From positions 1 through 64,000 of the forward strand of contig OZ219857.1 of the NCBI GenBank assembly GCA_964291395.2: 64,000 bases of DNA, in the 5' to 3' direction. Numbering within the stretch: the first letter of the stretch is position 1; each line of letters starts with the position of its first letter. Positions 10,031 through 18,713 of the stretch are shown here, one piece after another. The DNA is from Alphaproteobacteria bacterium (GTDB taxonomy: Bacteria > Pseudomonadota > Alphaproteobacteria > UBA2966). A program made the translations under genes and the position numbers. The notes under the pieces are model-generated. The model was not told where the DNA came from and did not search any database. It saw nothing but the letters and a program-made list of their open reading frames with translations.

Positions 10031-11005
10031 TCACCTGCCGGACGCCCGGAAGGGACCGCTCAGGCCCAGGAACGACCCGACCAACTCACCCTCGCTGCCG
10101 TCGCTCTCCTCGAAGGAGACACCGTTGAAGCCCGCCACCAGCCGGGGGTTCCCGTCCTCGTCCCGGCGGCTGGACAGGGCGCCGCCCCAGTACCCCTCCG
10201 ATCGCGTGACGGTCCGTTCCGGGTGCCGCAACACCACCTTGCCGCGGTCGAACTGGCCGTCCTCCCGGAAGATCGCGGTGGGGAGGTGGAGCTCGTAGTC
10301 CCTGGCCAGTCCCTGCGCGTCGATCAGCTCCCGGCCGAGGAACACGCCGAAATGCGCGCGCTGCGTGACGAGGTCGCCCACGCAGCCGATGCAGCCTCTC
10401 AGGGTGCCGTCGGCGAAGTCCGCGGTGAGGGTGACCGTCCCCTGGTATTCGTCGATCACGAAGGCGCCCTCGTTTTCCCCCCAGTCGCTCCCGAACACGT
10501 ACGAGTAGAGCCCCCCGGCCTGGCCGGCATAGGTGGCCGTCCCGTCGACCGGAAGCCGCGGCACCACGCCATGGTCGAGTTCCGGGCCGTCGATGAGCGC
10601 GTACTGCACCGAGTCCCTGAACGACAGCTCCGGCGGGTGCTGGTCGGGGAACAGCGCCCACCAGCCGAACACGAGGTAGTCCTCCGGATCGTCGGGGTCC
10701 CAGCTCAACAGGGCGTGGGCGACCGACGTGTCGTCCTTCTCGACCTTCAGGAACGTCAAGGCCAGCGCCCGGTGGCCGGGCATGGGCGTGGCCGCGGGCA
10801 GCACCTCGATGACGTCGTCGGCGGTGTTGACGGAGGCCTCGGTGCCGTCGTCCCGCGACACGAACAGCCGCAGGCTCGCGCCGTCGAACTCCGTGTTCCT
10901 CTCGAGCTGAATGACGTGTCCGGGCGGCGGCTCGTCGCGGCGCACGCAGGCGCCCGCCGTCAGCGCCAGGGCGACGGCGAGGGAGATCATCATCATTCTT
11001 TGCAT
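10031..11005 (-). CDS. Surface lipoprotein with TbpB-like barrel (paralog 2)
   Basis: Lipobox LTAGA-C; motifs YLVFGWW, ATYAGQAGGLY, GCIGC and GYWGG; 324 aa, the same length as paralog 1. Confidence 0.75.
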   Translation of the reverse strand: MQRMMMISLAVALALTAGACVRRDEPPPGHVIQLERNTEFDGASLRLFVSRDDGTEASVNTADDVIEVLPAATPMPGHRALALTFLKVEKDDTSVAHALLSWDPDDPEDYLVFGWWALFPDQHPPELSFRDSVQYALIDGPELDHGVVPRLPVDGTATYAGQAGGLYSYVFGSDWGENEGAFVIDEYQGTVTLTADFADGTLRGCIGCVGDLVTQRAHFGVFLGRELIDAQGLARDYELHLPTAIFREDGQFDRGKVVLRHPERTVTRSEGYWGGALSSRRDEDGNPRLVAGFNGVSFEESDGSEGELVGSFLGLSGPFRASGR

Positions 11006-11160
11006 GGATTCTACTCCGAACCTCTCTCGTACCTGGGCCGCCGCGCCGGACGCGGCATAGCCCGTTCATACCCCCTCCCCCGCCGCCCGCCAACCTCGAT
11101 TCCTGCGCGGGCGCCGCGGTAGGCGATTTGCCCGCGCATGGTCTCGGGACCGGGGGGAGG

Positions 11161-11309
11161 GAGTTGGCTGCAGCAGCAGATGCAGTACGACCTCCGGCGC
11201 GCCCTCGAAGGCCGCGAGGACGTGCCGGTGCGGCGCTTCGCCGCCGCCTGAACGCGTGAGCCGTCAACCGTTCGGGACAAGTCCCTTTCTTTTCCTTTGA
11301 GCGGCTCGA
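11161..11309 (+). repeat. ~149-bp direct repeat, copy 2 (orphan higA 3' end)
   Basis: Matches 9502..9650. Confidence 0.95.
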
Positions 11310-11361
11310 GCGAACCCGGTTCGGTATCATGACGTCGTTCGATCGTTGCGGGATGTCCGGC

Positions 11362-11396
11362 TTGACATGCAGTGCACATGCTTTCATGCTTTTTGC
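11362..11396 (+). promoter_or_regulatory. Promoter/operator of a probably leaderless vapBC transcript
   Basis: TTGACA (11362-11367), 17-nt spacer, CATGCT, then ATG 7 nt later; repeated CATG motifs in the spacer. Confidence 0.55.
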
Positions 11397-11627
11397 ATGA
11401 ACATGATGATCCAGGTTCGAAACGTTCCGGCGTCGCTGCATCGGCGGCTGAAGGCCCGGGCCGCCATCGAGGGGGTCTCGATGTCCAGCTACGTTCTGCG
11501 GACGATCGAGAAGGCGCTCGACCGCCCGAGCCGGCAGGAGCTGCTGGAAGCCATCCGCTCCCAGCCGGAAATCCCGCTGGAGCCGTCGCCGGCCGAGATC
11601 TTGCGCGAGGAACGGGGTCCGCGCTGA
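11397..11627 (+). CDS. vapB: FitA-like RHH antitoxin
   Basis: MIQVRNVPASLHRRLKARAAIEGVSMSSY; stop overlaps the start of the PIN gene. Confidence 0.85.
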   Translation: MNMMIQVRNVPASLHRRLKARAAIEGVSMSSYVLRTIEKALDRPSRQELLEAIRSQPEIPLEPSPAEILREERGPR

Positions 11628-12016
11628 TGGTCGTGGACGCGTCCGCGGCCGTCGAATTCCTGTTGAACACCGCATCGGGCAAGAGGCTGGCGGCGCGGCT
11701 CGCGGACGATGCCGGCGCCGTTCACGCACCGCATCTCATCGATATCGAGATCGCCCAGGTGCTTCGCCGATACGTCCTGCAGGGAACGCTGGACGAACGG
11801 CTCGCGGCGACGGCCCTGCACCGGTGGCGCGGCCTCGATGTCGAGCGCTATCCCCACGAGCCTTTCCTCGACAGGGTGTGGCAGCTTCGCGCCAACGTCA
11901 GCGCATATGACGCCGTGTACGTGGCGCTGGCGGAAGCGTTGTCCACGGTGCTCGTCACCGGCGATCGAAGGCTGGCCGGCACGCCGGGCGTGAATGCCGA
12001 AATGGAGCTGATCTGA
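11627..12016 (+). CDS. vapC: VapC PIN-domain toxin (intact)
   Basis: MVVDASA..E...APHLIDIE...SAYDAVYVALAE....LVTGDRRL. Confidence 0.9.
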   Translation: MVVDASAAVEFLLNTASGKRLAARLADDAGAVHAPHLIDIEIAQVLRRYVLQGTLDERLAATALHRWRGLDVERYPHEPFLDRVWQLRANVSAYDAVYVALAEALSTVLVTGDRRLAGTPGVNAEMELI

Positions 12017-12181
12017 CGTCGAAGCCGGCGCGCCGCCGGCGAGGAGAGGGAAAGGCCCCGGCCATGCCGGGACACGGGGCGCCTTCGACACCGGCGCCCA
12101 CGCCGGCGCGCTCGGCGCCGGGTGCCGGCGGGAGGCTCCGCCGCTCCTCGCGCCGGCCCTCGCGGAGTGGCGACCAAGGCC

Positions 12182-14615
12182 TCAGAAGGCGCGGCGCCAG
12201 CCGGCGAACAGGGAGACGTCGGCGTCCGCCGACGCCGCGTGGCCGGGCTGCCGGGTCCAGCTCGCGCCGAGGCGGACCTCGCCGCCGGCCGCGAGGGGGC
12301 GGCGCCACCGGGCCGCGACCTCGACCTGGCGGCCCGAGGGGGCGAGATCGGCCGCCAGCGACCGGCGCAGCACCCGGCCGTCCGTCGTGCGGCCGACCGG
12401 GACCGAGAGCCGGGCGCGGCCGGCCTCGACGCGCAGCGGCTGGGACACCGAGAGCAGCAGCGAGCCCGCGCCGGCCGTCCGCCGCTCCGCCCGGAGGGCG
12501 AAGGCGCTGCTGACCAGGCGGCGAGAGGCCGGCGAGAATGCCGTCGGCCGCGGCCGCGGCCGCCATGCCGACCTCGGCGCCGGCGGCGAGCCGCCAGGCG
12601 CCGACGCGGGCGCTGCCGTCGACGCCGGCGAAGGCGGAGCCGGCGGACAGACGGCCGAAGGCGCCGGCCGCCCTGCTGCCGAACAGGGTCTCGCGCTCCG
12701 CCACCAGGCCGCCGCGCACGCCGACCGGCGCTCCGGACGGCGCCCACGACAGCAGCGCGCCCGACGCCGGGGACCGTCCGCGCAGGCCCCGGTTCGAGAA
12801 CACCGCGAGGCCGAGGCCGCCCGGCGCCGCCGCCCGCACCGCGAGGGCCCGTCCGGCGAGGGAGAGGTGGCCGCCGCCGGCGTCCGCGGAAGGCTCCTCC
12901 AGCAGGCCGATCCGCAGGCCGTCCGGCCCGCCGGACGGGAGCCCCCTCGCCCCGGGTTGCCGATCCTCCCGCGAAGGCGCCATGAAGGCCCGGAGCCGCG
13001 CGGCCACGGAGGGGCCGGGCGCGGCGCCGGCGAGGTCGCCGAGGGAGAACCAGAACGGCGCCCCCAGGGCGTCGAAGGCGGCGACCTCCTGCCCGGCCAG
13101 GGCCCGCGCCGGGCCGTCGCCGAGGGCCGGGCCCGCGACGAGGCGCGTCGCGGCCACGGCGGCGCCGGAGCGGTCCACCCGCCCGCCGCCGGCGATCACG
13201 GCGTCGCCCACCGGCGCCGTCGCCGCGGCCAGGTCCATCAGGCCCCGGCCGTAGGTGTCGCCGTCGGCGTAGACGCCCCGCCGGTCGGCCGTCTCCAGGA
13301 GCCGCGCGGCCAGGTCGACGTTCGAGAGCTGGCCGCGGAAGAACTGCTTCATCACGGCGAGCCCGCCGGTCACCATCGGCGCGGCGAAGGACGTGCCGCT
13401 CTGCGTCGCGGCGGCCCGGACGCCCGGACTCCCGTCGTCGGGGTCGGGGCCGAAATAGGCCACCCGGACCGCCGCCCCGGGGGCCGCCAGGCACCACTCC
13501 CGGGCGATGCCGCAGCGGTTGGAGAAGGGAGCGATCTCGTAGTCGCCGTCGCCGTCGCCGTCGGGCGCCACGGCCACGACGGCGATCAGGTGCCCGCGCA
13601 GCTCGGCGATGCGCGCCGGCAGGCCGGGCATGACCTCGACCGACCTGGCGTCGACGCGGCGCACGGTCCCGCCGCCTTCGACGGCCTCGACGCAAAGATC
13701 CGGGTCGGCCGCGAAGTCGGCCGCCTCGCAGGGGTCCCCGTGGGCGTTGCCGGCGGCCCAGACGAAAACGGTCCTGTCGGCCGCGCCCGGCTGGGCGAGG
13801 GCGGCGATCACCTCGCCGATAGCGTCGCGGAGCTGCCGCTCGCCGTACTGGTCGATGATGCCGTGGAAGCCGACGCTCAGGTTCACGAAGTCGAGGGTCC
13901 GGCCGCCGCGCCGCCAGTCGATGACGTGGCGGACCCGGGAGGCCCAGCGATCGTCGCCGCCGCCGAGGCCCGACAGCGACACCGGGACGTAGACCTCGCC
14001 GCCCTCCCCGGTGCGGACCGCGAACACCGCGAGGTCGGCGCCCCAGGCGACGCCGGGCGCCGCATCCACCGCGCCGGTGAACGCGGCGTCCGGCCGCGCC
14101 GCGATGACGCCCGCCACGGCGGTGCCGTGGGACCTCCTGTCGCCGGTCTCGTCCGGCGCGTCGCCGAGAAACTCCTCGCTCACCTCCTTGCCCGCGAACA
14201 CCGGGTGCCCGGCGTCGATGCCGGTGTCGACGACGCCGACCGTGACGCCGCCGCCCGGCGCCGTGCCGGCGCCGCGCTCCAGCTCGAGCTGCGCCCAGGC
14301 GCGGTCCGCCCGGACGGCGCCCAGCCCCCACTGGTTCCTGAAACCGTCCGCGCCGGCGTGCCCGTCCTCGATGGCCCGGCGCTCCTCCCGGTACTGCGCC
14401 GGGGAGATGCAGCCCAGCGCCGTCTGGATGCAGGACACGGGCGGCAGGGGAAGGGGCTGCGGCGGCATCGGCGTCTGCGCCTCCCCGTCCTCCGGCGGGG
14501 CCGGCGCGGCCGGCTCGGAGCGGAGGCCGCCGCCCCCGCCGCCGCAGCCCGCCGCCGCGAAGAGGGCGCAGAGAACCAGGGCGTGGATCGGTGTCTTCAC
14601 GGGCGTCGAACTCAC
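12182..14615 (-). CDS. Lipoprotein S8 (subtilisin-like) protease with C-terminal beta-barrel-like domain; +1 frameshift near 12518
   Basis: Lipobox AAAG-C; catalytic triad VGVVDTG / SHGTAVAG / SGTSFAAP; oxyanion-hole motif AAGN. After the shift it reads LVSSAFAL...SQPLRVE...FAGWRRAF*. Confidence 0.85.
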
Positions 14616-14708
14616 GCGGGTCCCATCTCCGCCGGCCGGCGCCGGCCGGCGCGTTAATCCATCGGTCCCGTTCGAGTATAAAGGGTCGACACCCCGCGCC
14701 GAACGACG

Positions 14709-16313
14709 ATGATGACGGAGCCCATCTCGCTACCGATCTGGCTGGCGGCCCCGGCCGGCGCCCTGGCGGCGTGGGCGCTGCTGGACAGGCTCCTCGTCCC
14801 GGGCGTCCGCTGGTTCCTGCGCAGGCGGGCCAACCGCGCGATCGACGAGCTGAACACGCGCCTCCACCTGCGGATCCCGGCGTTCCAGCAGACGCGGCGC
14901 CAGGTCCTCGTCGACCGGCTGACGTACGACCCCGCGGTGATGCAGGCCGTCGACGCCCGGGCGGAAGCGTCGGACCTGCCGCGCGAGGCGCTGATCGGCG
15001 AGGTCCGGCGCTACGCGCGCGAGATCGTCCCGTCGTTCAACGCCTACGCCTATTTCCGCATCGGCTACTTCCTGGCGCGGCGCACCGTCCAGCTCCTCTA
15101 CCGGCTGCGCCTGGGATACGCCGACGACGAGGCGCTCGCCGCGATCGACCCGGGGGCGAGCGTCGTCTTCGTCATGAACCACCGCAGCAACATGGACTAC
15201 GTCGTCGTCGCCTACATGGCGGCGAAGCGCTCGGCGCTCAGCTACGCCGTCGGCGAGTGGGCGCGGATCTGGCCGCTGCGGACGCTGATCCGCTCGCTCG
15301 GCGCCTACTTCGTGCGCCGGGACTCGGGCAATCCCCTCTACCGCCGGGTGCTGGCGCGCTACGTCCAGGCGGCGACGGCCGGCGGCATCGTCCAGGCCGT
15401 CTTCCCGGAGGGCGGCCTGAGCCGCGACGGGCGGCTGCGCGAGCCCCGGCTCGGGCTCATCAGCTACATGCTCTCGTCGTTCGACCCCGACGGCGAGCGC
15501 GACCTCGTGTTCGTGCCGGTCGGGCTCAACTACGACCGCGTGCCGGAGGACCGCTCGCTGCTGCGCGCCCTCGACCCGGACGCCGCCCCGCGCGGCAGGA
15601 CGTTCGCCGTCGCGACGCTGCTCGGGTTCGCCGCCCGCCAGGCGGGCCTGATGCTGAGGCGGCGCTGGTACCGCTTCGGCTACGCCTGCGTGAACTTCGG
15701 CGCGCCGATCTCGATGCGGCGCTACGCCCGGCGCCGGCAGACCGACTTCCGCACCCTCGGGCCGGACGCCCGGCGGCAGGCGGTCGAGCGGCTGGGCGGC
15801 GAGCTGCTCGAGGCGGTCGCCGCCGCGGTCCCGGTGCTCCCGGTGCCGCTGGTGGCGACGGTGTTCGTCCGCCGGAGCGACGCCATGAGCGGCCTCGAGG
15901 TGAAGGCCGAGGCCCAGGCGCTGATCGACGAGCTGAGGCGGCGCGGCGCCTACGTCCACATACCGCGCGCGGACCACGACTACGCGGTCACGGTCGGCCT
16001 GCGGATGCTGACGCTGCGGCACCTGGTCGAGGAGACCGGGGGGCTCTACCGCGCGAACGGCGCCGAGCGCGAGCTGCTGCGGTACTACGCCAACTCGATC
16101 GCGCACTTCCTGGACGAGCGGCCGGAACCCCCGCGGCCTGAGCGGCGGGCGGCGTCTTCGAGTCAGAAGCTTCAGCCGCCGTATCCGGGAACGTGCGGGC
16201 AACGATCCCGTCGGTTGTCAGGCCCAAGGCCGTCGAAATCGTCCGGCACCAGGATCCGGCCCGAACATGAATCCGATGCGGGCGTCCACAGCTCTCCGGC
16301 ATGGGGCGGCTAA
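14709..16313 (+). CDS. Glycerol-3-phosphate / lysophospholipid acyltransferase (PlsB/PlsC superfamily)
   Basis: NHRSNMD (HX4D), FVRR and FPEGGLSRDG motifs; the last ~60 aa appear to run into pseudogene debris. Confidence 0.85.
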   Translation: MMTEPISLPIWLAAPAGALAAWALLDRLLVPGVRWFLRRRANRAIDELNTRLHLRIPAFQQTRRQVLVDRLTYDPAVMQAVDARAEASDLPREALIGEVRRYAREIVPSFNAYAYFRIGYFLARRTVQLLYRLRLGYADDEALAAIDPGASVVFVMNHRSNMDYVVVAYMAAKRSALSYAVGEWARIWPLRTLIRSLGAYFVRRDSGNPLYRRVLARYVQAATAGGIVQAVFPEGGLSRDGRLREPRLGLISYMLSSFDPDGERDLVFVPVGLNYDRVPEDRSLLRALDPDAAPRGRTFAVATLLGFAARQAGLMLRRRWYRFGYACVNFGAPISMRRYARRRQTDFRTLGPDARRQAVERLGGELLEAVAAAVPVLPVPLVATVFVRRSDAMSGLEVKAEAQALIDELRRRGAYVHIPRADHDYAVTVGLRMLTLRHLVEETGGLYRANGAERELLRYYANSIAHFLDERPEPPRPERRAASSSQKLQPPYPGTCGQRSRRLSGPRPSKSSGTRIRPEHESDAGVHSSPAWGG

Positions 16314-16830
16314 TCCCAGTTCCTCGACGACCTTCTCCGAGCAGGCCCCGGCGCAGCGATGAGGGCAACCATGATCCTGCCGTCCGAGCCCGTTTTTGAT
16401 GGCGACTCCCACATGACGCGGCGCTCACCTCTGGCACGAGGGCGCGGAGCGGTCGGCCTCGGCTTCGCCTCCACGTCTGGACGCTGCGGCATGCCCGCGG
16501 AACCCAAACTCAGCAAGATGAGCTTATCGAGGAGAAGCTTCAATCCGGCCGACGAAAATGGCTCCGGCGGCTCCGCGACTCCCATGCCGGGAAATCGCCC
16601 GGCACGGAGATCCGGCCCGACATGAATCCGGATGCGCGCGTTGCTCTCCGCATCCGGGCCGCTGACCCGATGGGTCGTTCCCGCACCCGATGATGAACGG
16701 CTCACCGTAGCCGTGACAAGGCTGGCAGGAGGCCTCTGCGCCTGCGTGGTCCTTGGCTTTGCATGTTGAGTCGGTCGCGCATGGGATCGGACTCCAAACT
16801 TAGATAGCGTCGAAATCGTCCGGCACACGA
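16150..16830 (-). pseudogene. Degenerate, partly duplicated Phd/YefM-VapC TA remnants
   Basis: Fragments RIGFM..GRILVPDDFD (Phd C-terminus, three traces), LKLLLD, WE/VAIKNGLGRQD and LRRGLL (PIN toxin) appear in shifting frames. Confidence 0.6.
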
Positions 16831-16860
16831 ACGAAAAACCTCCGGCGGCCCTCGACTCTC

Positions 16861-17142
16861 TCATGCCGGGAGCAACGCCCGGCGGACGGCCTCCGGCTCT
16901 TTCCGGATCACGCGCAGGAGCGCCGCAGCCGGGCCGCTGACCCGACGGGTCCCCTGCTCCCATTTCCGGTAGCCGGACAGGCTCATGCCCAGCAGAGAGG
17001 CCATCTGCGCCTGCGTGAGCCCGCTCCGCTTGCGAATCTCGCGGGGGGTCGCGGAAGCGTGAAGAGTCGCGGGGCCCCTGCCCTGCGCCTGCGCCACGGC
17101 CTCTCCAAGGGACCGGATCGGGTCTTCGCCGCGCGTGCTCAT
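16861..17142 (-). CDS. Orphan XRE-HTH antitoxin (YiaG/HigA-2-like)
   Basis: [55 protein letters not shown]. Confidence 0.85.
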   Translation of the reverse strand: MSTRGEDPIRSLGEAVAQAQGRGPATLHASATPREIRKRSGLTQAQMASLLGMSLSGYRKWEQGTRRVSGPAAALLRVIRKEPEAVRRALLPA

Positions 17143-17156
17143 TGCCGGAACCCATA

Positions 17157-17171
17157 TACCCCATTGGGGTA
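17157..17171. promoter_or_regulatory. Palindromic operator upstream of the HTH antitoxin
   Basis: TACCCC-ATT-GGGGTA. Confidence 0.6.
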
Positions 17172-17209
17172 CTCATCGCAAGAGCGAGGCACCCCCCGTG
17201 ACGCGGTCT

Positions 17210-17260
17210 CTTCTCATCTCGTTTCGCCTAGTCTCGCCTAGTCTCCGCTTGTCTCGCTTC
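17210..17260 (+). repeat. 10-bp-period tandem element (GTCTCGCCTA)n, copy A
   Basis: gtttcgccta gtctcgccta gtctccgctt gtctcgcttc; an inverted copy lies at 49242-49288. Confidence 0.8.
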
Positions 17261-17452
17261 GTCCGGCCGGGTTGGGCGGGGTGCCGGCGCCGCGATCCGG
17301 CCCGACGAAAAACCTCCGGCGGCCCGATCACGATATTGTCAGGCGTCGTGATATCCCGGGCGGGAATTCCCATATTGGAGTCGGCGATGCCTCTGTACAC
17401 TGGACGACAGGGTGCGAGCTTCCGTACCGGACCAAGAGAAGGAGATTCTTCG

Positions 17453-17755
17453 ATGAACAAGACCCCGCTGTTCCTGGCGTCGGCGCTGCTGGCCGCCGCC
17501 AACATCGCCACCGTCGACCTGGCGGCCGCGAGCGAGGACAAGGTCAAATGCTACGGCGTCTCGCTGGCCGGCAAGAACGACTGCAAGGCGGGACCCGGCA
17601 CGACCTGCGCCGGCAGCTCGACCGTCGACTACCAGGGCAACGCCTGGACGCTCGTCCCCGCGGGCAGCTGCGAGTCGATGACCTTCGAGACCACCGACGG
17701 CCGCACGGTCAAGGGCAGCCTGACCGAGCTCGACCGCGACCTGCCGAAGGGCTGA
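17453..17755 (+). CDS. DUF2282 bufferin-type RiPP precursor (BufA1-like)
   Basis: Signal peptide plus [13 protein letters not shown]...[21 protein letters not shown] (four Cys); AAGGAG RBS. Confidence 0.9.
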   Translation: MNKTPLFLASALLAAANIATVDLAAASEDKVKCYGVSLAGKNDCKAGPGTTCAGSSTVDYQGNAWTLVPAGSCESMTFETTDGRTVKGSLTELDRDLPKG

Positions 17756-17823
17756 TCGGCGACCGTTCGGCCCGCCGCCCGGCCCCGCGCCCGGCGGCGG
17801 CCGGACGGAGGCGCCCGCCCGCC

Positions 17824-18699
17824 ATGCCGGCCTCGTCTCCCTTTTCCGCCTCCTCTCCGCCGCTGCCGCCGCGGGCCGGCGCCGGCTTCAAGGACGAGCA
17901 CGCCGAGACGGTGTGCGAGGGCCGGCCGGACATCGGCTGGTTCGAGGTCCATCCCGAGAACTACATGGTCGCCGGCGGACCCCGGCTGGCCGCGCTCGAG
18001 GCGCTGCGCGGCGCCTACCCGCTGTCGCTGCACGGCGTCGGCCTGTCGCTGGGCGGCGCCGAGCGGGTCGACCGCGGCCACCTGGCGGCATTGCGCGCGC
18101 TCGTGGAGCGGTTCCAGCCGGCGCTCGTCTCCGAGCACATCGCCTGGTCGGCGCGCGACGGCGTCTGGTTCGCCGACCTGCTGCCGCCGAGCCTCGGCCG
18201 GGCCGGACTGGACCTCCTGTGCGACAACATCGACGAGACGCACGACGCCCTCGGGCGGCCGATCCTGATCGAGAACCCGGCCAGCTACCTGGCGCCGCCC
18301 GACCGCGATATGGACGAGGCGGCGTTCGTCGTCGAAGCGGCCCGGCGGACCGGCTGCGGCCTTCTCGTCGACGTCAACAACGTCCACGTCAGCGCGGTCA
18401 ACATCGGCCTCGACGCCGAAGCCTACGTCGACGCCATCCCCGGCGACCTGATCGGCGAGATCCACCTCGCCGGGTTCGCGGTCGACGACGCCGGCGGCGA
18501 GCGCCTGCTGATCGACAGCCACGGCGCGGCGGTCGACGACGCCGTCTGGCGGCTCTACGAGCGGCTGATCGGCCGCGTCGGCGCGCGGCCCACCCTGATC
18601 GAATGGGACAGGGACGTTCCCGCCTGGGACGTGCTGCACGCCGAGGCGGCGAAGGCCGAGGCCCGCCTGGCCCGCCTCGCCGCGCCCGCGGCCGCGTGA
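17824..18699 (+). CDS. DUF692 multinuclear non-heme iron oxidase (MNIO, BufB-like)
   Basis: FEVHPENY, LSLHGVGLSLG, SEHIAW, IENP, DVNNVHV, EIHLAG, IDSH and IEWD motifs. Confidence 0.95.
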   Translation: MPASSPFSASSPPLPPRAGAGFKDEHAETVCEGRPDIGWFEVHPENYMVAGGPRLAALEALRGAYPLSLHGVGLSLGGAERVDRGHLAALRALVERFQPALVSEHIAWSARDGVWFADLLPPSLGRAGLDLLCDNIDETHDALGRPILIENPASYLAPPDRDMDEAAFVVEAARRTGCGLLVDVNNVHVSAVNIGLDAEAYVDAIPGDLIGEIHLAGFAVDDAGGERLLIDSHGAAVDDAVWRLYERLIGRVGARPTLIEWDRDVPAWDVLHAEAAKAEARLARLAAPAAA

Positions 18700-18713
18700 G
18701 GCGGCCCGAGGAC

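Noticed and set aside
700-12530. Single frameshifts at ~711, ~2733, ~9928 and ~12518 as phase variation
   Set aside because: None lies in a long homopolymer or simple repeat tract, and a similar indel occurs in the housekeeping gene gltB. They cannot be separated from assembly error.
11848-14657. Very long alternative-frame ORFs here and elsewhere (e.g. 24271.., 32331.., 57039..)
   Set aside because: These are Arg/Pro/Gly-rich shadow ORFs expected at ~70% GC, overlapping well-supported genes.
7255-17260. Integron cassette array explaining the TA and lipoprotein mix
   Set aside because: No integrase and no attC-like (RYYYAAC...GTTRRRY) sites recurring at gene ends.
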